A DNA stretch of 64,000 nt, taken from assembly GCA_963739515.1 (NCBI GenBank), contig CAVUAO010000003.1, positions 748,170 to 812,169 of the forward strand, read 5' to 3'. The DNA is from an uncultured Chloroflexia bacterium (GTDB taxonomy: Bacteria > Chloroflexota > Dehalococcoidia > Dehalococcoidales > RBG-16-60-22). The position numbers and the translations under genes were made by a program. Below the pieces are notes generated by a model. It was not told the origin of the DNA and made no database searches. It saw only the letters and a program-made list of their open reading frames with translations. Each line of letters opens with the position of its first letter. The stretch's first letter is position 1. Positions 17,892-26,431 of this stretch are shown here, piece by piece.

Positions 17892-19271
17892 ATGAGCGAC
17901 ACGGCGATAGAAAGACTTATTCAAAACGCGCTGGAAACACGCTTTGAAAATATCGATAAAGATGCCCTGGAAACCACGAAATACCGTATCATCGATACGC
18001 TGGGCTGCCTGATCGGTGGCGCTACCGATACGGGAAACCCGGAACTCCTGAAACTCATTCGAGAAAACGACGGTAAAAAAGAGGCGACCATACTCGTGCA
18101 CGGCGGCAAAGCGCCGGCGGCTGACACCGCCTTGATTAATTGTATCATGGCGCGCTCCTTCGACTTCGGGCCGGTGAGTCCGCTGGTGGACGGCGTAAGC
18201 TGCCCGGGACATATCAGCGAGACGACGGTCCCGGCCGCGCTCACCCTCGCCGAAATGGCCAACGCCAGCGGCCAGGAGTTCATTGCCGCGCTGCTCGTCG
18301 GGGACGACATCGCGGCACGCTTACTCGCGGCCTCCGGCTTCGGGTTTTCGCTGGGATGGGACGGGGTGGGGACGGTCAACACCTTCGGCGTCACCGCTAT
18401 GGCGGGTCGACTCCTCGGTTTAAACAAATTACAGCTTCGAAATGCCTTCGGCATCGCTCTCAATCAAATCGGCACTACCTTCCAGTCGTTCTGGGACGGC
18501 ACCACCGCCTTCAAACTGCCGCAGGGGCTGGCCGCGCGGGGCGGAATAACGTCGGCGCAACTGGCTAAAGCCGGCTGGACCGGACCGGAAGATGCTTTGT
18601 TCGGTAAGTTCGGTTATTACCAGATGTTTACCGATGGCGCCCATAAACCGCAGGCGCTGACCGATAACCTCGGGGAGATTTACTATTATGACGGCACAAT
18701 AAAGCCCTATCCCTGCTGCCGCATCCCGCACGCCGCTATCGACGGCGCCCTGGCTTTATTAAAGAAAGGCAATTTCAAAGCCGACGATATTATCTCGGTC
18801 AATCTGGATATCGCGCCGGGGGGCATCGAACACGTTGTCGGGCACCCGTTTAAGATTGGGGCTTTCCCTCACGGCAACGCGGCCTTCAGCTACGAGTACG
18901 TGGTGGCGACGGCGTTCCTATTCGGCGGCGTCAAGCCGGAGCATTTTACGGAGAAAGCGATACGGAATCCGCAAATCCCGGAGTTCATCAAGAAAATAAA
19001 GCTGACGGCGGTCAATGACGTCGAGTTTGAAAAAGCGAGGATAACGGTAACGCTTAAAGACGGGCGGAAACTGACGGAGACCGTCACTAAAGTCAAGGGC
19101 GACCCGCAAAACAACCCCATGACTCACGAGGATATTATCGCCAAGTTCCGGGTAAACGTGGATTTTACGCAGAAGATAAGCCGCCAGAAAGCCCAAGAGC
19201 TTTTAGATAAGCTGCTGAACCTGGAAAAGCTGGACAGCGTCAGGAAGCTGATACCGCTGCTGGTCGCCTGA
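17892..19271 (+). CDS. MmgE/PrpD-family protein (2-methylcitrate-dehydratase-like)
   Basis: 459 aa. Length and overall pattern are typical of the MmgE/PrpD family. Follows the enolase-family gene by 13 nt. Confidence 0.8.
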   Translation: MSDTAIERLIQNALETRFENIDKDALETTKYRIIDTLGCLIGGATDTGNPELLKLIRENDGKKEATILVHGGKAPAADTALINCIMARSFDFGPVSPLVDGVSCPGHISETTVPAALTLAEMANASGQEFIAALLVGDDIAARLLAASGFGFSLGWDGVGTVNTFGVTAMAGRLLGLNKLQLRNAFGIALNQIGTTFQSFWDGTTAFKLPQGLAARGGITSAQLAKAGWTGPEDALFGKFGYYQMFTDGAHKPQALTDNLGEIYYYDGTIKPYPCCRIPHAAIDGALALLKKGNFKADDIISVNLDIAPGGIEHVVGHPFKIGAFPHGNAAFSYEYVVATAFLFGGVKPEHFTEKAIRNPQIPEFIKKIKLTAVNDVEFEKARITVTLKDGRKLTETVTKVKGDPQNNPMTHEDIIAKFRVNVDFTQKISRQKAQELLDKLLNLEKLDSVRKLIPLLVA

Positions 19272-19667
19272 TTACTTGCCTCTTTGCACCAGCTCGATGA
19301 GGACGTTCTCGGCGGCGGAGGGGTGGATAAAGGCTATCTTGGCGTCGGGCATTATCATAGGCTCTTCGTTCTGGAGCTTTCTGCCTTGAGCTTTCAGATT
19401 CTTCATTTCTTTGACGATATCGTCGGTGACATAGGAAATATGGTGCAGGCCGCCGCCCGTTTTTTCCAGGAACTTGCCAAAGCTATTGTCGGCATTCAAA
19501 GGCTGGAAAAATTCCATATTTATATCGCCCAGGGACGCAAACAGGGAAACGAACCCCGGTCCCTCCCTTTTTTCCCCAATCTTAAAGCCGAACATTTCAG
19601 CGTAGGCTTTCGCCGCCTTATCGATGTCCTTGACGACGACGGCAATATGGTCGAGTTTCTTTAACAT
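19272..19667 (-). CDS. VOC-family protein, methylmalonyl-CoA-epimerase-like
   Basis: 131 aa. LDHIAVVVKDIDKA start and HHISY/IAFIHP metal-ligand-like positions. Confidence 0.7.
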   Translation of the reverse strand: MLKKLDHIAVVVKDIDKAAKAYAEMFGFKIGEKREGPGFVSLFASLGDINMEFFQPLNADNSFGKFLEKTGGGLHHISYVTDDIVKEMKNLKAQGRKLQNEEPMIMPDAKIAFIHPSAAENVLIELVQRGK

Positions 19668-19707
19668 TTTAATCTCCTGTACATATTTAATATTTTTCTG
19701 AGGTGAC

Positions 19708-19787
19708 CTACCCCCTTTGTCCCCCTCCCTTCGAATTAAGGGAGGGGGAATTGAGGGAAGAGGGGCTTCACCCCTCTTAGACGCCCC
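19708..19787 (+). repeat. double-hairpin intergenic repeat, copy A
   Basis: tccccctccc-ttcgaattaa-gggaggggga perfect 10-bp stem, then agaggggcttcacccctcttagacgcccc. Confidence 0.75.
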
Positions 19788-19802
19788 TATTTAATTATTG
19801 TT

Positions 19803-20741
19803 TTAGAACGGGAAAATCGCTGGTAAATCGTGCTCTTTATTTTTCGCTAAAGTTGACGGCATGGTCTCGGCGAGCTCTTCCGGCGTCCAGCGGCCGTCCT
19901 TCCAGAGCACCTGCTCTAAAGGAGGAGGGTCGACATAGATGCCGATGTGTCCGTGCCATACCTCGAAGACGCAGCCGTTAATGTTATGGGCTTTTTCCGA
20001 GGCTAAATAGACCACCAGATTAGCGACGTCTTCCGGCTGGTTGAGCTCCAGCATCTGCTGGAGTCGGCGTTCGGCGAGCTCAGCGCCCCACATCTTGGTC
20101 CACGCCTCGCGGAGTCCTTTGCCTTCGACCATCTCGATAAAGCCGCGCGTACCGGCGACGGGCCGGATAACGTTACAGGTGACGCCGTAACGCTGCATGT
20201 CCCGCGCCACCGTGCGCGTCAGCCCTACGATGCCCTCCTTGGCGGCGCTGTAGTTGGCCTGCCCCATGTTGCCTAAACCGGCGTGGGAGGAGGTGCCGAT
20301 GATGCGACCGTAGTTCTGCTGGCGCATCACCCGGCAGGCCGCCCGCGTGCAGTAGAAAGTCCCGCTCAGGTTCACCTGAAGCACCGAATTCCACTCCTCA
20401 TCGGAAGTGTTGTAAATCATGCGGTCGCGGTTAAAACCGGCGTTATTGACCAGCACGTCGACGCGGCCGAAGCTAGCGACGGCCGTCTGGATAATGCTTT
20501 CAGCGCCTTCAACGGTGGCCACGCTGGCATAGCTGGGGACGGCTTTGCCGCCGGCCTGCTTGATCTCGGCGACGACCTCATCGGCGGGGCCTTTCGATAC
20601 CCCGCTGCCGTCGGTAGCGGCGCCCAGGTCGTTGACGACCACTTGCGCGCCCTGAGCGGCCAGTCCGATAGCCTCCGCCCTGCCCAGCCCTTTGCCGGCA
20701 CCCGTGACCACCGCCACCCTGCCCTTCAATAGCTCACCCAT
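19803..20741 (-). CDS. SDR-family oxidoreductase (MFE-2 dehydrogenase-domain-like)
   Basis: Start moved to ATG 20741 ([20 protein letters not shown]) with a GGGAGG SD. Has NNAG and the YSAAK catalytic motif. Confidence 0.8.
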   Translation of the reverse strand: MGELLKGRVAVVTGAGKGLGRAEAIGLAAQGAQVVVNDLGAATDGSGVSKGPADEVVAEIKQAGGKAVPSYASVATVEGAESIIQTAVASFGRVDVLVNNAGFNRDRMIYNTSDEEWNSVLQVNLSGTFYCTRAACRVMRQQNYGRIIGTSSHAGLGNMGQANYSAAKEGIVGLTRTVARDMQRYGVTCNVIRPVAGTRGFIEMVEGKGLREAWTKMWGAELAERRLQQMLELNQPEDVANLVVYLASEKAHNINGCVFEVWHGHIGIYVDPPPLEQVLWKDGRWTPEELAETMPSTLAKNKEHDLPAIFPF

Positions 20742-20749
20742 ATAACCTC

Positions 20750-20850
20750 CCGGGTTAATACTACAAATACTACCAATAAGTACCAATACTACCAATAATC
20801 TAAATATTGAAATATTTGCAGTATTGGACATTTGTAGTATTGGTAGTATT
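20750..20850. promoter_or_regulatory. array of TACCAATA / TATTGGTA repeats flanking an AT-rich core
   Basis: Perfect TACCAATA at 20771, 20781 and 20790. Perfect inverted TATTGGTA at 20838. Imperfect copies at 20763 and 20822. Core is aaatattgaaatattt. Lies between the CoA-transferase stop and the SDR start. Confidence 0.45.
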
Positions 20851-20854
20851 TTAC

Positions 20855-22069
20855 TCACGCTATTACGTTCTTTTCTTTCAAAGCGCTTATCTCGTCCCAG
20901 GTCATGCCGAGGGTCTCCGTGAGGACTTCTTCCGTGTGCTGGCTGAACTCCGGGGCGGTGCGACGGATGGTCGTCGGGGTCTTGCTGAACTGCCACGGTG
21001 GCATGATGACCTTGAGCTTTCTCCCCGCCGGGTGGTCGATTTCTCTAAAGTAGGTGTCCGCCCAGGGGGTGGGGTCGGTGGCGACCTCTCCCGGGGTTTT
21101 CACCACCGTCCAGATAATATTTTCTTTCGCCAATCTTTCCGCCCATTCCTTTTGGGTTTTAGACTTAAAAACTTTATCCAGAATAACGATAAGCTCTTTA
21201 TTGTTCTGCATGCGCTTTTCATGAGTGGAAAAACGGGGGTCGTTCTCGAGCTTGCCCAGCTCCAGTGCCTTGCAGATGCCCGTCCAGTAGCGGTCGCCCT
21301 GGATGCAGGCGAGCTGAATCCAGCGTCCGTCCGAGCATTCGTAGCTGTTAAAGATGGGGTTGCTCTGGTTGGTGCGGGAAATGCGACCGTACTCCAGGCC
21401 GGTGGCTAGAACGGAAGAGAGGACGATCCCCATCGACCATATCCCCCCGCCCACTAATGAAACGCAGACCTCCTGCCCTTCGCCGGTGCGCTCGCGGTGG
21501 AAAAGCGCCATCATGATGGCGCAGGCGGCGAACATGCCGGTGGTGTTGTCCCCGAAGCCCGGCACCTGGAAGGGCAAAGACGTGCCCGGCTCGCCCAGCG
21601 ACGCCATGACGCCGCTGCGTGCCCAGTAGCCGACGAAGTCGTAGGCGCCGGTGTCCTTTTCCGGTCCATGCAAACCGTAGCCGCTGAGATGAGTGTAAAT
21701 TATTTTGGGGTTAATTCTAGAAATATCTTTATATTCCAGCTTCAAGTCCACCAAAGCGTGGGGTCGGAAATTGCATACGAAGACGTCCGATTTCTCGACG
21801 AGTTTATAGAGGATTTCCCGTCCCTCTTTTTTCTTAAGGTCGAGGGTGATGCCCTTTTTATTGAGGTTGTAAAACTCGAGGACGTAGTTGATATCGTAAA
21901 TGGGGACGTTACCACTGATTTTCAGGATGCCGCGGGTCTGGTCGCCGCCTTCCGTGCGTTCCACTTTAATGACCTCGGCGCCCATGTCCGCCAGGATGCG
22001 GCAAGTTACCGGGGCCAGGCCGGCTTCGGAAACATCGAGAACACGGATTCCTTCAAGGGCCATTTTCAT
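20855..22069 (-). CDS. family III (CaiB/BaiF) CoA-transferase
   Basis: 404 aa. N-terminus LEGIRVLDVSEAGLAPVTCRILADMGAEVIKVE. Confidence 0.85.
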   Translation of the reverse strand: MKMALEGIRVLDVSEAGLAPVTCRILADMGAEVIKVERTEGGDQTRGILKISGNVPIYDINYVLEFYNLNKKGITLDLKKKEGREILYKLVEKSDVFVCNFRPHALVDLKLEYKDISRINPKIIYTHLSGYGLHGPEKDTGAYDFVGYWARSGVMASLGEPGTSLPFQVPGFGDNTTGMFAACAIMMALFHRERTGEGQEVCVSLVGGGIWSMGIVLSSVLATGLEYGRISRTNQSNPIFNSYECSDGRWIQLACIQGDRYWTGICKALELGKLENDPRFSTHEKRMQNNKELIVILDKVFKSKTQKEWAERLAKENIIWTVVKTPGEVATDPTPWADTYFREIDHPAGRKLKVIMPPWQFSKTPTTIRRTAPEFSQHTEEVLTETLGMTWDEISALKEKNVIA

Positions 22070-22094
22070 AGCAGAACCTCCTGGTTTTTGGAGT

Positions 22095-23285
22095 TTACTT
22101 CTCGTTCCCCACGATAAGACACGAACAAATCCCCGTCCCGGCGTTGCCGCCCAGGTTGTGCGTAAGGGCGAGATGCGGGTTCTTCACTTGTCTTGGTCCG
22201 GCCTTGCCCTGGAGCTGCTTATACATCTCGTACATCATGCGCAGGCCGCTGGCGCCCAGGGGGTGGCCGAAACACTTCAGGCCGCCGTCGGTGTTGACCG
22301 GCAGGTCGCCTTTAAGAGTAAATGTACCGGCCTCAATATCTTCCCTGGCGCGACCGAGCGGACTGAAACCCAGGTCTTCATAGACGATCATCTCGTGGAT
22401 GGAGAAGCAGTCATGGACTTCCGCCATACTGATTTCTTTACGGGGATTTTTCACGCCGGCTTCGGCGTAAGCCTTGCGCGAGCCTAACCGGTTCTCCTCG
22501 ATGTGGGTAAAATCGTAGTCCTGCCGCATGGCGCCCTGTCGCGCGCCCACGTTGACCTGCAAAGCTTTAATATAAATGGGGTCGGGGCGGAATTTTTTCG
22601 CCATATCCGCGCGGGTGACGACCGCCACCGCGGCGCCGTCGCTGACGCCACAGCAGTCGTAAAGTCCGAGGGGCCAGGCGATAATCGGGGCGTTGACCAC
22701 CTGGTCGATGGTCAGCTCGTTCTGAAAATGCGCCTTGGGGTTCAGGCTGCCGTTGTGATGGTTCTTCACCGCAATCTGTGCGAGTAGCCGCTTGCCCTCC
22801 TCCGGCTTGATATGGTAGTCGTGGAAATAGCGGGTCGCCATGTAGGCGAACGAGGCCGGGGCGCTGTAGCCCGGCCCGATGCCCGAGCTGCCGTCCTGGT
22901 TGTCCCCGACGATGCTCGGGCCCTTGACGCCCGTCGCGCCGGAGTCCTTGAGCTTTTCCACCCCGACCGCCAGGGCGATATCGCAAACGCCGGCGGCCAC
23001 GGCATAGCTCGCCGCTCTTAATGCCTCCGAGCCGGTGGCGCACATGTTTTCCACGCGCGTCATGGGGATATACTGCAGCTGTAAAGGGGACAGGGTGATG
23101 GCGGAGAGGCCGGAAAATACCGTGCCGATCCAGGCCGCCTGGATATCTTTAGGGCCAACGCCGGCATCCTCGAAAGCCTCATAGGCGGCTTCGACGATGA
23201 GGTCTTCCACCCCTTTATCCCAGCGCTCCCCGAACTTGGTGCAGCCCATGCCCACGATGGCGACTTTATCTTTAATGCTTTCCAT
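22095..23285 (-). CDS. thiolase, SCP-x/nsLTP type
   Basis: 396 aa. VAIVGMGCTKFGE, active-site Cys region ENMCATGS, C-terminal GGLKCFGHPLGASG. Confidence 0.85.
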   Translation of the reverse strand: MESIKDKVAIVGMGCTKFGERWDKGVEDLIVEAAYEAFEDAGVGPKDIQAAWIGTVFSGLSAITLSPLQLQYIPMTRVENMCATGSEALRAASYAVAAGVCDIALAVGVEKLKDSGATGVKGPSIVGDNQDGSSGIGPGYSAPASFAYMATRYFHDYHIKPEEGKRLLAQIAVKNHHNGSLNPKAHFQNELTIDQVVNAPIIAWPLGLYDCCGVSDGAAVAVVTRADMAKKFRPDPIYIKALQVNVGARQGAMRQDYDFTHIEENRLGSRKAYAEAGVKNPRKEISMAEVHDCFSIHEMIVYEDLGFSPLGRAREDIEAGTFTLKGDLPVNTDGGLKCFGHPLGASGLRMMYEMYKQLQGKAGPRQVKNPHLALTHNLGGNAGTGICSCLIVGNEK

Positions 23286-23394
23286 AAAATGCCTCCTGTT
23301 AATGTCATCCTGAGCGAAGCGAAGGATCCGTTTTGACCCGATTCAGAAGCGGATTCTTCGGTCGTTTCACTCCCTCAGAATGACAAGAATATTG

Positions 23395-24816
23395 TTACTC
23401 AACCGGCCTCGCCTTCCAGAAGTAGTTGTGAATGCCCCGGCTGGTGAACATCTTGCGGAAAGTCATTTCCAAAGGCATGCCGATTTTTACCTTATCGACA
23501 TCGCAATCGGTCAGCTCGACAATCATCCGACCGCCGCCTTCGAAATCAATGACACCGTTAACGCCGGGGGGATTAAGGGTCGGCTGGAGTTGGTCGATGC
23601 TATAAGCTGAAAAGCGTCGCTTTCTTATCAGCAAATTTATACGGCTCGAAATCGTCTTTAGTCTGGCAGTTGACGCAGACGCGCGGCGTCTGGCCGATTT
23701 GCACGAACTGCGGGGCGCCGCATTTCTTGCACTTTAAGCCGTAAAGGGGGCCGATCGCCCGCCGTTCCCGCCAGCGACTCTGCAAAGATAGCGGAGAACG
23801 CTCCGGAAGCGTGGAAGCCTCCACCGGCACGAGGTTTTTCCACGTCAGGTATTGCCCGTAGGTGATGGCCGTTTGGCCTGCCAGCTGCGAGGATATCACG
23901 GGCTTTTCCTGTAGCTTTTTATTTTCATCGGTGACGCGGAAGATAAAGGCATCCGCGCCGTCGCCGTATCCGGCGAAGAGAAGCGGTCGCCCGCTTTAGC
24001 TTTCTCCAGGGCCGCCGCCAGCATTAAAAACAGCGCCGCCGTCCCCGTGTTGCCGATATCATTATAAAGCGGGTCCTGCACCTGCGCTTTATCCAGCTTG
24101 AGTCGTCGCGCCAGGGCGGCGTGCTGGCGGGCGTCCGCGGCGTAATAGACAAAGCGGGAAAAATCGTTGGTGTTAAGCTTGTATTTTTTCATCAGGCCGG
24201 CAATGGCCGACTGCATCGTGGGGAGATAGCCCACCTCGTCGATGAAGCGGCCCTCGGCGGAGCGGGGGAATTTATCCTCATCGGTACGCCAGATATCGGT
24301 AAAATCATTAAAAACAGAGTAGCTGCCTTCGACCTCGGCGATGACCCCCTCAGAGCCTATCGTCAGAGCCGCCGCGCCGTCGCCCAGCGTCTGCTCCAGC
24401 GAGCCTTTGGCCGCCCCCATCCGGCTATCCGCCGCCGCGACCATGATATTTTTCGCCGAGCCCGCTTTAACCGAATCTATCGCCGCTTTGAGCGCCGCTG
24501 TCCCCGCCCGCAGCGAATCGGTAAAGTCGGCAGTGTGGCACTCTTCCGGCAGGTCGGCTACGCTGGCCACGATAGCCGCCGACAGCTTTTCTTTATAAGG
24601 GGCGGTCGTCGTCGCCAGGGACAGGCCGTCTACTTCAGCGTCACCGCGCTTCAGGCAGTCGAGGACCGCCGCCACCGCCATGGTGACCGTGTCTTCGTCA
24701 TAGCCGGCCACGGCTTTAGCTCCCCCACCGCTCCTGCCCCCCCACATCCGGGCTATCTCATCCCGGTTCAGGCGGTAGATAGGAACGTAAGCCCCTATTG
24801 ATGTTATGCCTATCAT
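23395..24816 (-). pseudogene. HMG-CoA-synthase-like condensing enzyme continuous with a DUF35 Zn-ribbon/OB-fold domain; two frameshifts
   Basis: Three track ORFs (23896..24816, 23600..23899, 23395..23634). Own retranslation gives ...AKAGD(R)LLFAGYGDGADAFIFRVTDENKKLQEKPVISSQLAGQ... with a 1-nt gap near 23985. It gives ...KKATLFS/YSIDQL... with one extra T/A at 23604-23605. The DUF35 part has CKKCG...CVNC. Confidence 0.7.
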
Positions 24817-24934
24817 CTTGCCATTTCCTTTCCCGAAAGATAATAACGAACGACCTGAAAAATTCCGCTGGAAGATAAAGAAAACGCCACTTTTATCTTA
24901 TTCTGTGGCATGAGCAGTGTCAAATTGGAGGGGA

Positions 24935-24963
24935 CAAAAAAGAGGGGGGCTGAACCCCCTCTT
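24935..24963 (-). terminator. rho-independent terminator (also a partial copy of the second hairpin of the dispersed repeat)
   Basis: Minus strand reads gagggggttcagcccccctc followed by TTTTTT, directly after the stop at 24962. Confidence 0.65.
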
Positions 24964-25471
24964 AAATAAACCGCTCGAAGCGGTCTTTTTTCGCTTTGCA
25001 GATGGGGCAGACTTCCGGCGGGCCGGCCCGCGCGCACAGATAGCCGCAGACCTTGCAGCGCCAGACCGGCAAAGGTAACGACGCCAGAGTCGACGGTTTC
25101 TTCTCGGATTTCATTTTAAGCCTCGCGGCGCGGGGAGGCCGTCGCTCCGGGATGGAGCCGATTTTTACCTTGCCCTCCGCCGCTGCCCCGGAGACATACA
25201 GGCTGCAATAGCAGGCATGATATTCGTCAAGGTCAGGGTCGCGGTAGTCACAGGGGCAAATGATGTCCAGGTCTTCATCTTTATTGCCGGAGGCCAGACG
25301 GCATGGGCAGGACCGGTAGCCATAGCGCTTTTCATTGGCCAGCAGGCCTTTTATGAGCTCGCGGGTCATGACCATATCCGGATTAAGATGGTAGCCGCCG
25401 GACTCGGCGTCGGCGCGTAACTCGCCATAGAGGCGTTCTATTTCCGGCGGAACATTGATATTGGTGGCCAT
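24962..25471 (-). CDS. ferredoxin:thioredoxin-reductase catalytic-subunit-like protein fused to a rubredoxin-like domain
   Basis: 169 aa. CPC...CPC...CYC cluster (SCPCRLA, ICPCDY, ACYCSLY) then a C-terminal WRCKVCGY...CPICKA. Confidence 0.75.
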   Translation of the reverse strand: MATNINVPPEIERLYGELRADAESGGYHLNPDMVMTRELIKGLLANEKRYGYRSCPCRLASGNKDEDLDIICPCDYRDPDLDEYHACYCSLYVSGAAAEGKVKIGSIPERRPPRAARLKMKSEKKPSTLASLPLPVWRCKVCGYLCARAGPPEVCPICKAKKDRFERFI

Positions 25472-25750
25472 TTAAGCAAACTCCTTGCGGATATCGTCCT
25501 CTCTAAAGCCCACGATGCACCGGCGGTTATCGATAACCATGGTCGGAAAATTGGTGTCGGGGTTGAACTTCATAATTTCGCCGACGGCCGCGGTCTGCTC
25601 TCCCCCCTGCAGCAGGTCGACATCCGTATAATCGTATTCCACACCCAGCTCGTTGAGCAGCGCCTTGGTCTTTTTACACCAGCCGCAGGTGCTCAGGGCG
25701 TAAAGCATTATCTTGGCCTTTTTCTTCCCGGCGACATGAGTAATATTCAT
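25472..25750 (-). CDS. glutaredoxin/NrdH-like thiol-disulfide protein
   Basis: 92 aa. CGWC active site and a Grx fold pattern (TMVIDNRRCIVGF). Abuts the FTR-like gene. Confidence 0.8.
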   Translation of the reverse strand: MNITHVAGKKKAKIMLYALSTCGWCKKTKALLNELGVEYDYTDVDLLQGGEQTAAVGEIMKFNPDTNFPTMVIDNRRCIVGFREDDIRKEFA

Positions 25751-25837
25751 GACTCCTCCTTTTACAGGGATTTTTCAATTATCATTCTACCAATATGAAA
25801 TAAGCCACAGTTAGGACTAAAGTCTCGTTTTCCAGTC

Positions 25838-25866
25838 TTGATATTACCCAGAAGATAGTATATAAT
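25838..25866 (+). promoter_or_regulatory. sigma-70-type promoter candidate for the marR-MATE operon
   Basis: TTGATA (25838-25843), a 17-nt spacer, then TATAAT (25861-25866). Followed by the 11-nt direct repeat taaactatata at 25868 and 25884. Confidence 0.5.
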
Positions 25867-25940
25867 ATAAACTATATAATATGTAAACTATATATATTAT
25901 ATACCAACTGCGTCTCGATTACACCAGGAGGGAAATAGAT

Positions 25941-26399
25941 ATGCGTGGTGAGATTCTGGGAAGAGTTGCCGCAGACTTGCTCTCAGTGCCGCCGCTGATT
26001 TTCCGACTTATCCGCCGCCGTCTGGTCATCGCGACCCTCGTGGAGACCGACGTGGACATTAAACTGCTCCATTTTGAAATCATGAAAGTGTTAAAAGAAG
26101 AAGGCACGCGTCACCCGGCGGCTATCGGCGAAAAGCTGATTATCGCTAAAGCCCAGATGACCCACCTCATCGATAAGCTGGTAGACCTGGGGCTAGTCAA
26201 ACGAGAGATAGAGCCCACCGACCGGCGCACGCTCAACATTACCCTGACCGAAAAAGGGAATAGAGTGCTGGAAGAACAGGACAGCCTGGTCTTCAACGCG
26301 GTGAGGGATAATATGACCTCCCTGACCGATAAAGAGCTGGAAACCCTATCGGCTTCTCTGAGGAACCTCAGCGATATCCTCTTCAAACTTCAGCAGTAA
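25941..26399 (+). CDS. MarR-family transcriptional regulator
   Basis: 152 aa. Winged-helix region (IAKAQMTHLIDKLVDLGLVKREIEPTDRRTLNITLTEKG). Confidence 0.85.
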   Translation: MRGEILGRVAADLLSVPPLIFRLIRRRLVIATLVETDVDIKLLHFEIMKVLKEEGTRHPAAIGEKLIIAKAQMTHLIDKLVDLGLVKREIEPTDRRTLNITLTEKGNRVLEEQDSLVFNAVRDNMTSLTDKELETLSASLRNLSDILFKLQQ

Positions 26400-26431
26400 G
26401 ATTTTATCTGTAAAAAGAGCGATTATACCAT

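Noticed and set aside
20742-20996. The N-terminal 85 codons of track ORF 19803..20996.
   Set aside because: The extension runs through the AT-rich repeat spacer and into the upstream CoA-transferase gene. The SDR Rossmann motif starts right after ATG 20741, which has a GGGAGG SD.
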